64,000 nucleotides of DNA from Azolla caroliniana (taxonomy: Eukaryota > Plantae > Polypodiophyta), in NCBI GenBank assembly GCA_043228905.1, contig JBHGNT010000009.1, positions 5,828,001-5,892,000 of the forward strand, read 5' to 3'. Made by a program: the position numbers and the translations under genes. Each line of letters begins with the position of its first letter. Position 1 is the stretch's first letter. The notes under the pieces were generated by a model. It had not been told where the DNA came from, did no database searches, and saw only the letters and a list, made by a program, of their open reading frames with translations. This document shows, piece by piece, positions 26,001 to 38,153 of the stretch.

Positions 26001-27185
26001 ACATAAGCAGCATGCAACTCGCCAAGAACCCTGTATTCCATGCTCGCACAAAGCACATAGAAGTGCACTATCACTTCGTGTGTGAGCGTGTCCTGAGCGG
26101 TGAGGTTGAACTTCGGTATGTTCACACGGATCGGCAAGTTGCCGACATCTTCACCAAACCACTCGACTCGGACAAGTTGCAGCACTTCACCGAAATGCTT
26201 GGTGTTCAACATCTCGACGTGCCGCACTTGAGGGGGAGAACGGGCAAAGACACCGGAACGGACAAAGGCAAAGAGACTGTCGATTGCGCCGGTGAGGGAA
26301 GAACAGAAGGCGGCAGAGTCAAGAAGGACAGAGCCGACCGAAGGAAGAAGGCGAAGACCCAGACATGGTCCGATGTGGTGAAGGGCTTGGAACCAAAAGA
26401 CGAATCGGGAGCAACCGATTCGGACAAGAGCTGGAACGAATCGGAGACAGTCGATTCTGTTCAACAGACAGATTTGGAAGAACCGGGCCAAGCAGACACG
26501 GATGCAGCGGAAGCCGATGCCATCACGGAGGAACCGATGGATCGACAAGCACCAGAGTCATAGCAGCGAAGGAGCTGAGAGGGGCCTATTGATCAGACAT
26601 GCCGACCGAGAAGATCGAGGCGCGCAGAACAAGAGGGGGTGCAGCAAACAGAACCGAACCGGATGAGAAGCGCGAGCAAGGCGAAGCGACGCTAGGAGAA
26701 GTCGGTTAGAAGAATCGACAGCCATAGAGACTAACACTAGGATCCAACCTCAAGTTGAGCTTGAGGGGGACTGTTGAGCGGCAAGCTCAACTGGAGCCGA
26801 ATCGGCTGAATAAACCTGAGCCGGCAAGCGAGACGGATCGGTAAGCTGTGAGCAACCGAGCCGGCAAGCAACAGAGCCCGTGAGTTGGGGAGCCGGTTAG
26901 CCGGATCTAATCAGTAACCGGAAGCCTAGTATTAGTGTAGACTACTAGGCAATTATAGTCTCGTAGTAAGTGTCAGATGCTTGTGTGAGCATTGAAGTAC
27001 GCGGTACTTCTGTCAGTCCCACGAGGACTTGCATAAATAATGCTACTGAGCATAGTTGTATGTAGAGAGTAATTATATCGTTTTTGAATATAGTTTTTAT
27101 GTTCTGCTCTCTCTGTCTCTCCCGCGTACTCTGTGTATTCACTACTTTCTCTGTTTTCTAATGCTTCCGCAAGTAATCGTTTACA
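23069..27185 (+). mobile_element. Element D: Ty1/Copia LTR retrotransposon with an internal deletion, inserted in the 5' LTR of element C
   Basis: 414-bp LTRs at 23069-23482 and 26772-27185 (TG...CA; about 22 differences by eye, ~5%); TSD ATAGC/ATAAC; PBS TGGTATCAGAGC at 23483; PPT GAGGGGGA at 26763. Confidence 0.95.
23578..26563 (+). pseudogene. Element D gag-PR-(partial INT)-(partial RT)-RNase H with a C-terminal extension
   Basis: EKLDRSNYASW; zinc knuckle CWYCGKKGHRESEC; YVDSGVSNHMT; LWHKRIGH; CEACQLGKQHR; IHSDVWGP; then a jump to FEMKDLADLHYFLGIEV, YIDADWA, NPVFHARTKHIEVHYHF, QVADIFTK. Confidence 0.92.
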
Positions 27186-27341
27186 ATAACCATAAGATCC
27201 GAACACACACTTCCGCCTAATTGTCAACATTAACCAACAAGTGGTATCAGAGTTGTGTTTTGTTGTGCGGTGGCAACAGATAACAAAAGAAGAAGCTGAA
27301 ATAAAAGACTTGGTCATAAACATCAAATCCACAGAAAGAAT

Positions 27342-30300
27342 ATGGCTTCAACATCCGGAACAGGAGTCGAAATTAGAAAGTTCGACGGCAAAAACTTTGC
27401 CCTATGGAAAGAGATGATGCAGGATGTGTTGATTATCCAAAGACAGGTCGAAGCCATTCGGCATAACGAAAAGCCTGCTTTGATGACAATAGAAGAGTGG
27501 AGATCAATGGACAAAATAGCACGCTCCACCATCCGAATGCATCTAGCTTAAAAACGTCTATTTCAGCATAGCAAAAGAGACGACAACGTTCTCATTGTGG
27601 GAGAAATTATAGGTTGTATATGAGAAGAAGTCCTCATCTTCAAAACGTATCTTGATCAAACAATTGTTCAACATGAAGATGAAAGAGACCGATCCGGCAA
27701 CCTCCCACATCAACACCTTCAGCCGGGTGTTGTCAAAGCTCTCGTCCCAAGGGATCAACTTCGAAGAAGAAGTGAAAGCCCTTGCCCTCCTATTTGGTTG
27801 CCGGCGAGTTGGGAGGTATTCTGTACGACATACGCCAATAGCCGACTGATCCTGAATTTGGACGAAACGACCGGCCAAGTTCTCACAGAGGACAGTAGGC
27901 AAAAATCGATGGGACTATCCATCGACGAGTTGGCAGAACCCCACCACTCGACCGAGTCATTTGACCGACAGAGTTGACCGAAAGAACAAGCCAACAGAAC
28001 CGGTCGACGACATAGTCGATCGAGAACAAGGGGAGACCGACAATGGTTGAAGTCAAAAACGAGCCAAACAAGTGAGTACCGCACACATTGCAAGAAAGTT
28101 GGCCACAATGTTTCCAACTACTGATCAATAAAAAGAAAAGAGAGTGGTCGGCGATCCGAACGGAATCGGGGACATTCCGACTCGGACCACTCTCCAATCG
28201 ACAACCAGATCAATGTTGCCGACACCCGATCTGGAGAAATCCTCTCCCTAGACGATTTGATGATCAAAGAAGTCCTCTACAGTGCACAACTTGCACCCAC
28301 GTGGCTACTAGACTCTGGTGCCACATTTCACGTGACCCCCAATGTTGAATGGTTCTCAAACTATTCAGCCGACACCAGCGGCACAATCCGATTGGGAAAT
28401 GGGTAGGAGTGCAAGATAGCCGGAACTGGGGAGGTTCCCATCAGATTGCCAAATGGCAACACAATAACCCTGCACCAAGTTTGGCATGTACCCGATCCAA
28501 AGAGGAGTCTGGTCTCCATCGGCATGTTAGCCGAAGACGTGTATCGAATGACTCTACACGAGTCGACATGGGTGATAAATCGAGGAAACCTCAAAATCGG
28601 TAGTGGGCATAAGTATAATAATCTATACCCATTGATGGCGATCAACCTTGAAGGGGCTGTGAACTTATGGCATGGCCGACTTGGCCACATGTCTCAAGCC
28701 AGACTTGATCGGTTGATGTCGGTCGGCTACATCCCGAAACTCCAGGCAAAGACGGACTTCTGCAAGCACTGTCGATATGGGAAACAGACCCGAAGTCTGC
28801 ACTCTCTCCACTACGAGATGGTACGACAACCCCTAGAGCTCGGGCACATAGACATATGTGGGCCCATGCCAGAGCGATCACTAAGAGCTTCCCGGTACTT
28901 CATCACATTCGTAGATGACTATACACAGAAAGTTTGGGCATACTCCATCAAGTCCAAAGAAAAAGCGCTTGATGTCTTCACTCGATGGATATTTGAAGTG
29001 TAGAACCAGTTGGGACACAGAGTGAAGACACTCCAATCCGACAACGGAGGTGAGTACACCTCCAGAGCCTTCAAACAGTACCTGTCTGAAAAAGGGATTC
29101 GGTATCAAAAGACCGTTCCTTACACACCCATGCAGAATGGGGTGGCTAAAGGGATCAACCGAACGATCCAGGAGAGGGCGACGACAATGCTTCAACAAGC
29201 TGGACTGAAGTTGGAATTCTGGGTTGAGGCATTGCAGACGGCAATGTACCTGATAAATCGAGCGCTGTCAAGAGCAATCAGGCTCGAAGTGCCACAAGCA
29301 CTATGGTCAGGCAAACAACTGACCTACAATAGGCTCCGTATATTCGGATGCGAAGCCTATGTGTTCATCCCCAAGGACAAAAGGACGAAGTTGGCACCCC
29401 ATGCAACAAAGTGCATATTTCTCGGTTATGGAACCGATGGGGACTTCGGCTACTGGCTATGGGACCCTGAGAACCGGAAATTGATCCGGAGCAGCAACGT
29501 AGTCTTCAATGAAGACTCTATCTTCTCTCAACGGAACCAACAGAAAACAATGGGCAAGAAGGTATCCTTCGAAGATGACAACGTCATCGTAGAAAGATCG
29601 ACCCATCGGGCCGACCGAATCAGAGAGTCAACAGACAATTGAACTCCAACCAGCCGACAACGTCCCAGCCGACACCGAATCTGCAATAAGTCCCAACGTC
29701 AAACTCAAAGACAAAGTCATCAAAGACAGAGCCGAATCGACGAAGGACGATCAAGGCAGAGTCAACAAGGGACAAGTCAGAAAAGAGTCGACAACAACCG
29801 CAGGGGAGAACAACCAAACACCACTGAAATCCCAAACCAGGGGCGGAATACCGAACAAGACTCCTAACTCAACTGGTTCAACAAATACCGATCGTCAATC
29901 CGAACCGATCGAAGAATCCAAACCAGATATTACAGCACCCAGGAGATCTGGACAAGATCGAAGGCAAACAGAGTTTTATCAACCAGACCTCGACTATGTC
30001 AACTACACGGATGCAGGCGAACCAAGCACGTATGATGAAGTTATGGCCGCACCGGACGCTGAAACATGGTTGCAAGCCATGAAATCTGAAATGAACTCGA
30101 TTCATCAGAATCAGACATGGGAGTTGGTGGAACTACCAGCAGGAAGAAAGCTGCTACCTTGCAAATGGGTTTTCCGATACAAGTATGTATCCGACTCAGA
30201 GAAACCCAAGTACAAAGCTCAGCTTGTCGCGAAAGGATTCAAACAGGAATACGGGGTCGACTACGAAGAGATATTTTCACCAGTATTCAAGATGACCACC

Positions 30301-32326
30301 CTCTGACTCCTACTAGGAGTCGTGGTGACAAAAGATCTAGAGCTCGAGCAGATGGATGTTCCTACACAGAGATCTGGAAGAAGACATAAATATGTCTCAA
30401 CCGGCAGGCTTCACAGCATGGTTGTTTACGTACCTGTATTTAACATTTAAATACGTATAGTACCTCATCATTTGTATAGTACGTACTATACCTCAATGTT
30501 GTTCAGTCAAATATCATGTACGTTTGTCCAACACGGTATTTAACGTATTTATAAAAAAACAGGTATAATACGTATTTATAAAGAAAATGTAAGTAAACCC
30601 CTAACAAAAAGTAAAAGAAAAAAAAGATTTTAGGGAAAAAGAAGCCAAAGGAAGGAAGAAAGAAGAATAGAAGAGATGACGATGAAGAAGAAGAGAGAAA
30701 AGAAGACATAAACCTGTCTTGAGTGTGATAATCGCAAAAGATTGAAGAAGAAGAAGAAGAAAACGAAGAAAAGAGAAACCTACCATGAGTGTGATAATCG
30801 TAGACGATTCCTCAATCTATGAAGGCATAATTGTAAATAATTACAATTTGAAGTAGAACATCGTGATACACACTTACACTGATTTATAGAATAAGAGAAT
30901 GTCGACATCCATATTACTACAAGTATTTTAGGATGTGAAATGTTCAAATGTCTTATATGCATTTTCGGATGTAGAACTATATTGTACATCACAAAATTGT
31001 GTAAACATAGATGTTTTTTACAATATTATAGATATTTTTTAGAAAGATAAATAATTTTCAAATTCTAGAAGTATTTAACGTACTATACGTAAAATACGTA
31101 TTTTATAAGTATTTAACATATTAAGAAAACGTATTTTTAAATTGGGAGGTACTATACGGGTATTAATACGTTAAATATGTATGGTATCCGTACCGTACCT
31201 AACATACCTAACAACCTTGCTTCACGGCGACGGGGGAGGACAGTCACCTCGTATGCAGACTAAAGAAAAGTTTATATGGCCTCAAACAAGCGTCGAGAAT
31301 GTGGTACCCATGCATGTATGTTTGGCAACTGGCCAACGAGTTCAGGATCTATCTAATCCTTTATGTCGACGACATGCTGATTGCAGGGAGCAATCAAGCA
31401 GAGATCAGAAAGCTCAAGCGGAGCCTTCACGCAAAATTCGCGATGGAGGAACTAGGACAAGCCCGACACATATTGGGCATGAGGATAGAGCGAAATCGGA
31501 CAACCAGGACTCTCCCAATCCGACTACATCCGCAAGGTGCTGAAGTGCTTCAACATGGAGAATGCGAAGCCAACACCAACACCGCTTCTGACGTCGATCA
31601 GACTATTGGGCAGAGACTCTCCTGCAAACGACAAGGAGAGAGAGCTTAATGGAAAAATACCCTACGCATCGGCAGTAGGAAGTATCATGTACGCAATGGT
31701 GGCTACCCACCCCAACCTAGCCTATGTCGTAGGGGTGGTCAACCGGTACATGTCAAACCCAGGAAAGAAGCATTGGGAGGCCGTCAAGCACATCCTTAGG
31801 TATCTGAAAGGAACCATAGATGCACAGCTGACATTCGGTTCAACAACATCAACCGAAGTCGAAGGCTATACCGATTCCGACTACGCTGGAAACACAAATA
31901 ATCGGAAATCAACATTAGGCTACATCTTCACCTATGGTGGCGGTGCAATATCATGGAGGTCGAAACTTCAGGAGTGCATGGCTCTGTCTACCACAAAAGC
32001 CGAGTACATAGCATCGTCGGAAGCAGCGAAGGAAGCAATCTGGCTGCACCAACTGTTTGCCAATTTCAGAACTGCAAAACCGAATAGACCGACCAACGCC
32101 GACCATCTAGTGCGACTCACAGAGCGCAATACACCTCATCAACAATCCCGTCTACCATGCGAAGACGAAGCACATTGAGGTGCGGTATCATCATATCCGG
32201 GAGCTCGTGATCGAGAAGAAACTCGAAGTTTGGAAGATCGACACCGAGGTGAACATCGTTGATTGCCTAACGAAGCCACTCCCATATCAACTCTTCGGAA
32301 CACTAAGGACGACGATGGGGCTATGA
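27342..32326 (+). pseudogene. Element C gag-PR-INT-RT-RNase H polyprotein (stops, frameshifts, hAT insertion)
   Basis: IRKFDGKNFALWK; WLLDSGATFHVT; LWHGRLGHMS; HIDICGPM; LQSDNGGEY; PYTPMQNGVA; [17 protein letters not shown]; LYVDDML; YTDSDYAG; YHAKTKHIEVRYHHIR. Confidence 0.93.
30417..31219. mobile_element. Element E: non-autonomous hAT-superfamily DNA transposon (803 bp) in the RT of element C
   Basis: TIRs CATGGTTGTTTACGTA / TACCTAACAACCTTG; 8-bp TSD CTTCACAG (30409-30416) / CTTCACGG (31220-31227); repeated TACGTA/ACGTATT subterminal motifs; no coding capacity. Confidence 0.88.
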
Positions 32327-33239
32327 CAAGCGACCGAGCAGAAGAAAGCCGAACAAGGAGCAGAAGGTAAGAGTTGACCGACACTCATACTATACCTCTG
32401 CCGACTCGGCTACTTGCCGATAGACTTGTAACATAAGATCTAGTTAAATTTGTAATCTAGGTTTACGGGGGAGATAACCCAAGCACTTGTATATGCAAGA
32501 AAGAGTAATCCTTTTATGGGGGAGTTTGTTGGCATAAAAGGCCGACTCCTTCCAAGTTGTATCCATCCGAGTGTGAACTCGTTAATAAGTTAGGGCTTAG
32601 TATATATAAGTGAATACCTAACATTGTAATGGAGGGAAGATGATGAGCAAACAATTATAATCTCTGAGAGAGAGAAACGCGTTGTGCAGAAAGAAGAAGC
32701 TTTCCATTAAAGCTTGCAATTGTATAAGTCTATATCTGCCTTCTCTATCTTTTGTGTGTATGTTGTTTGTTGTTCATAGACATGAGATCCGAACACACAC
32801 TTCCGCATAACTGTCGACATTAACCAACATATCATGCATCACATGTAATGCATGAGTGCGAAATGGCAAACATGCATCACATGCATTCCATGCATTGTAT
32901 GCATGTCTTGTACCCTAACATGCATCATATGCATGGATGGATCTATAAAAGAGGGGATAAAAATGATCAAAGGGGGCGATGTATTAACCAAGAATTTAAT
33001 AAGAAGAAAATCCGTTATCCAATTGATGATATATCTTGTTCCTTAAATCTAAAGTCAAGGGTTCAATCTTAATCTCTCTCAATCTAAAGTCAGGCGTTTC
33101 ATCTTATCTCAATCTCTCTCTCTTTCAGTCTATCTTAAATACTTTCTCGCGAAAGCTAGTACAAACTTTGAATCCTTCCGGTCTAGAACCCCGGCGGTTC
33201 TGCCTCACGATCCGCACATAGTGACGGATTTTCACGACA

Positions 33240-33745
33240 ACGAGATAATATAAAAATAGCTAAAGATAGAGCACTTTTTACGCCGATCATAATATGCAAC
33301 CTCGTGTATTCAACCCTTGACAGAAGGTATTTTTACGTGTACTTGACAATTCTAAGACGTTGTCTACGGTACGGGTAAGTGTGCTAAGTTGGCCCCACGG
33401 TTTCGTGGACCTTTTCAAGTCCTCAAACGCATTGGTTCATCGGCCTATTGTCTCGCTCTTCCCGATGGCGTTGAAATTCATTCAGTTTTTCATGTAAGTC
33501 GTCTAAAAGAACTTCTAGGTTCTTGCGACAATACAGTTACAACTGAAACTCTTGTTACTTCTGAAGAATTATCTTGTAAACCACATGTACCAAAAAGAAT
33601 TCTCGATGTTAAAACAAAAAATCTGTGTACTAAAATAATCTGAGAATATAAAATTAAATGGATGGAAAAATCTATCAAAGATGCCACTTAGGAACGCGAA
33701 AATACTCCTAGAACTAACTTTCCATTACAAGAGTGCAATATTTTA
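33240..33745 (+). pseudogene. Element A integrase C-terminal region (GPY/F motif) and chromodomain
   Basis: KLAPRFRGPFQVLKRIGSSAYCLALPDGVEIHSVFHVSRLK followed by chromodomain-like VPKRILDVKTK...EYKIKWMEKSIKDAT*ERE. Confidence 0.88.
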
Positions 33746-33758
33746 AAGAGGGGGAATA

Positions 33759-34208
33759 TGTTACGAGCATGACCATATAATATCCTGCGGTGAGAATTTA
33801 CCGTAGTATTCTATACACGTGGATAAGTGTGAGGGTTAAACGAGAGTGTAAAGAAGGGCAAGATTACTTTTAATCCTCGGGATTGAGACAACCCATTAGG
33901 CCAAGTGTGAACTTGCCTGGGGGCCTTGGGTATTGCTATAAATATGAGGCCTAGCTACCCTCATTTCATCATATCTTGACTACATCGAGACCCTGTTTCG
34001 TGGTGGGTCAACTCTTGTAGCGAGCGGGCCAGCACCAAGTACGACTCGACGCCACGGCGGTGGTATGGGACGCCGATCGAGGCTCGCGTTCGTTTCGATC
34101 CCTTCGCTCGAGGGTGGTCGGGTGGATCGGCACTCTTCTTTCTCTCTCCTTTCTATCTATCTATCTTTTATCCTTATCATATGCTTACTTTAGAACATAA
34201 CTCTAACA
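33759..34208 (+). repeat. Element A 3' LTR
   Basis: TGTTACGAGCATGACC...CTCTAACA followed by TSD AGGTC. Confidence 0.95.
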
Positions 34209-35067
34209 AGGTCCAATAGGAAGTATCATGTTATGGAACTTTGTTGTTTCGATTTGTACAATTAATGGTGCGCCATGTAATTCAAACCCGTATCTCAAAT
34301 GAATGATTCAATGCATTCAATGCTTTTTTGTTAAGCTACATCCACTTCCAAACCAACTTAATGATAAGAACTACGATGACGCTTGAACCATTTCCTCATA
34401 TAAATGAGCTCCAAGGAAAGGAGATGTTTGGTCAAGAGTGAATGAGCTACTAGACGAGGCACACATTTGAGTTGATAATAACAAAAGGTCCACAAACAAG
34501 TAATTATGCATCTATCATTCACAAGGGCATTCTTCAAACACACAAGTGCTCACCATAATAGAGCCAATTCTATGACTTAGTCAGAACACTTTGCCATTAG
34601 TGTCATCATTGGAGCTAGTGACAAACTCCTCATCTTCTTACAATTCGCCTCCACTAGAGTAAATTTGCTACTTTAGTACCAATTTGTTTTGGTGATTTTT
34701 GTCTCTTTGGAAACTCATTATTATCAAGTTCTCATTTTTGCTTCCATTATTGTGTTGATTTTGGAAGTTTGCACTTCATGGATAAACGTGCCATGCACTT
34801 TTCATGTTCATGCTAACCAATGGTCCTCATTTCCATCCTCTATGACAATTGTCATGTGTAAGTAGACCATTTGGTTCTCTGAGCCAAATTTCTTACAATT
34901 TCCATCGTACTTCTCTTTAACGAGTGAGATTGTTTGTTACGGGTGATATCATGTGGGCAATGCATCTCTAGTGATGATGATGATGATGATGATACTAAGT
35001 GAGTGGAACACTATGGCAAACCATTGAGACACATTTGCACCATATATTCCTCATTGACCCACATGTC

Positions 35068-35240
35068 AATAGAGGCAAGATAGTCACATAAGGTCTTAAT
35101 CTTTAGGGTGTCATTGACAAATACACTATTGTATTACATGTTGATGACAAATAGAGGTAAGATAGTCACATAAAATCTTAATCTTTAGGGTGTTGTCAAC
35201 AAATATACTACTTTACAAGGCTCTTAATATTTAGGGTGTA
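35068..35240. repeat. Short tandem duplication (~83-bp period, two and a partial copies)
   Basis: AATAGAGGYAAGATAGTCACATAARRTCTTAATCTTTAGGGTGT at ~35068 and ~35151, partial copy at ~35221. Confidence 0.8.
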
Positions 35241-38153
35241 GACCCATTTCCATGTTGTTCAACCCTTGTCAGAGTTGAACCTTGCATACAATTGTGTTGA
35301 TGCCAATCATCTATCAAGATTATCCAATGCATTCTACAACATCTTCAATCGTGTATACATCATACATCATGTGTCTAACCCGTTGTTGGTGCCATATGAT
35401 ATTATTGACTCTTCTTGGATTTGACATGCTCACCCAATTGTCGTTGACGTAGCTTCTAGCGTTAGTTCTATCTCTCCCTAAGGAGACAATTTTCCATTTG
35501 CATATTCATCTTGTTGGTGTTGATTTCTTCTTCTCTTCATCTTCCTTCGATCTTCACAACACATGAAATTTGGTGCAACTCTTCCAAACACATGAAATGT
35601 GGCGGAGCCTTTTCACAACACATTAATATAAGATATTAAAAATCTTAGATTAAAAAGAAACCCTGAATTATGAGGCCCCCAAAGATTAAGAACTAAATGG
35701 GGTTAGATGGAGGAAAATGTGTGACGATCAATAGTACTTCACAACATAGTATGAACCATACGTACCATATGTGCATTCGCATTCGCGAATGTTTCAAGCA
35801 TTCACGTAAGAAAAACACCCTCAAAGAATGATAAATGCCATACTTTTGGATTAACTATTTATCATGAGGTAAATAAGCCTACAAAATGGAAAAAAACAAA
35901 AAAATACCATTAAAAAAATGGGGAAAAAACAAAACAAAAAAAAACTCAAGAATGTTTGAATAACATTCGCATTCGTTTTCCAACGTAAGAAAACAAATGT
36001 TATGCTTGACGAACACAAATTTTACGTACTATGCTTCACAATATAACAATATAAATCATGTCAAAGATTTCTTTACCACCAACAGGGACAAAGAAAGTGG
36101 GAGAACAAGTAAATATAAATTGAATTGTTGCATTCTTCATCTTGTCTCAGCTTTCACTTCCATATCCTTTTCCTACTATGTGTTACTAAGCTTCCATATC
36201 CTTTTCATGCTCTTTGTGTTACTAAGCTCCAGATATGCCACCTATTTAGAGGGTTGAGCTGCTTAATGTAAAGAGTTGAGCTTGATGACAATATTTTCCC
36301 CTTGCTCCCATCCTTGGATTGCAATTCCCTGATATTAATTGGGATTAAGTGTAAAAAGTTCATAGGTGTAGCCAATTCTAGTATCCCCCCATGATGGACA
36401 AAACCTCCCATAAGAGCACATTCTAGTATCTATTGAGAAGTAGGCATTGTTGTAGATGTTTTAGACCAGCCTTGGTATGATAGCCACCACCTATAACTCT
36501 CACTAAAACACATAGTATTGTGTCAATATGATTTAATCAATGGTGCATCCACAATGAACTTAGAAGCATTGGGTGGATGGACAAACCAAAAGGATGTGAA
36601 ATATGTAGAAACCATGACTTTACAAACATGTGCAAAATTCCTATTTTGAGTTAGATTCCCACTATATGGCCACGTGGGTTTTCTTCAATAAACAAACCAT
36701 CAATATACCACCTTTTGGCACTCATTGTGATAGTGTCTCCACGTTTTACTTATACTTCTCATTATTTCTCAAAGCATATGTATAATATTTTCTTTGAATG
36801 GTTTTTAGTTTTAAGAATAGGAGACATTTAAATCCATGCATGTGGGTTTCACCTCCTCTTAAGGGTTCCCACGTGTAGTAGGTTCCTTAATATGATGTGG
36901 TATAGCCAACAATTTATATCGAAATTACAAACTAGAAACAAGAAAGTTCTAAATCAAAGAGTTGAAGTTGATACATCATTAAGAACTTATTCTAAGCACG
37001 GTATTCATCCCATAGAAATATCTTTGAAGACAGGGCAAACAAACAGATGGTCTGTTAGAACTACCAAAAATCACTAGAAGCTCTTTAGATATTTTCCTTG
37101 CCTCTCAACAAAAAAAAGAAAGTAGCTTCAAAACCAATATCATGCACACTAGGATACTATATTTTCTTTAAGGATCTATAATAGCTAAGTGAATATGATA
37201 ACCCACGAGATACTGGTTAGAGATAGTTCTCCAGTATGGCTTTGACCACAATCGACACGGAGCCTTAACCTGACCAGGTAGGCAAGAACCACAACTAATG
37301 AAGAGGAAGGCACTTTAGAAATTGTAAATTTAAGAAGTTCTTCTTGACTGCCAAATAAGACAGATACTTCCATATATGGATACAAACAAGTTTACCCCAA
37401 AAAACTGAAGAAAAAAGGTGAGGATGCAGGATCTTTTGAACCCACATCCATATTCTTGAGTGTTGGTTTGCGCACAAAATGCAATTCTAAAAGTACAGTC
37501 GCCTCAATAGATATATCTGCTATATATATAAGACTTAACCCTGGAGATAGGAATTCATACCAGCGCAATGCTTCTTAAGCATTTGCCCAGTAACAAAACA
37601 TCTTGCAATAAAACATTACAATGCATCTACTTAGGAAGATAGATCATTACATGTATCACTTTCCTGATGCCAATAATTTTTTTTTGCTTCATAATCTAAG
37701 ATGAACTAAATAAGCAGATGTCTCATTGGTGCTGGCCATATCAAAAAGTTCAGGAACTGTTTATATTATACTGATGGATATCTCTTTTTGAATTAATCAT
37801 TGCTAGCATAAACACGCCATTACATAAAAAATTATATACCCCACTTTGATATGGAGAGTTAACAAGTTCGTGTATGTATGTCAACATCATTATCTGAAAA
37901 AAAGTCAATTAGAGGACACATTAAAATTATGGTTGATAAACATATGTTCATTACCATGATAATCATAATCATTGTTTCATTTTGGAAATGCACAATTAAA
38001 TCAAGCAATAATGATAGCCATAGCACTCACATCATGTTTCCATATCTAGACCATCTTATTATGTTACAAAACAGAGCCCTTAGGTGATGCAAAAGCTTTA
38101 CCAAAGTTTGAGAGAAATCACCAGCTACATCTAGAAGTGCTTTCCATTTCGAG

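Larger units (their letters stand above)
22824..32829 (+). mobile_element. Element C: Ty1/Copia LTR retrotransposon (Tnt1/Tork-like gag), decayed
   Basis: 5' LTR 22824-23068 + 27191-27239 (split by element D), 3' LTR 32527-32829; perfect TSD TATCA (22819-22823 / 32830-32834); PBS TGGTATCAGAG at 27242; PPT ATGGGGGAG at ~32516. Confidence 0.95.
22295..33239 (+). mobile_element. Element B2: 3' LTR of the same family as B1 (22295-22823 + 32835-33239), split by Copia element C and preceded by ~100 bp of its own internal region
   Basis: Termini TGTTGTGAAGAT...TTCACGACA; PPT-like GGTGGGGGTGGA just 5' (22283-22294); TATA-like CTATAAAAG near 32943 followed by a CT-rich segment; flanks do not form a TSD. 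Confidence 0.8.
16967..34208 (+). mobile_element. Element A: Ty3/Gypsy chromovirus-type LTR retrotransposon, decayed, host of the nested insertions
   Basis: LTRs 16967-17418 and 33759-34208; perfect 5-bp TSD AGGTC (16962-16966 / 34209-34213); tRNA-Met PBS TGGTATCAGAGC at 17421; PPT AAAGAGGGGGAATA at 33745-33758; order gag-PR-RT...INT C-terminus-chromodomain. Confidence 0.95.

Noticed and set aside
20809-33239. One large foldback/MULE element with ~1-kb TIRs
   Set aside because: Each arm has its own TG...CA-type inverted termini, B1 has its own TSD, B2 has a PPT, and the spacer is host Gypsy RT. Two separate LTRs explain it better.
37270-38101. Possible 3' UTR intron of TRM112
   Set aside because: Plausible donor (~38101) and acceptor (~37270) exist but cannot be supported without transcripts.
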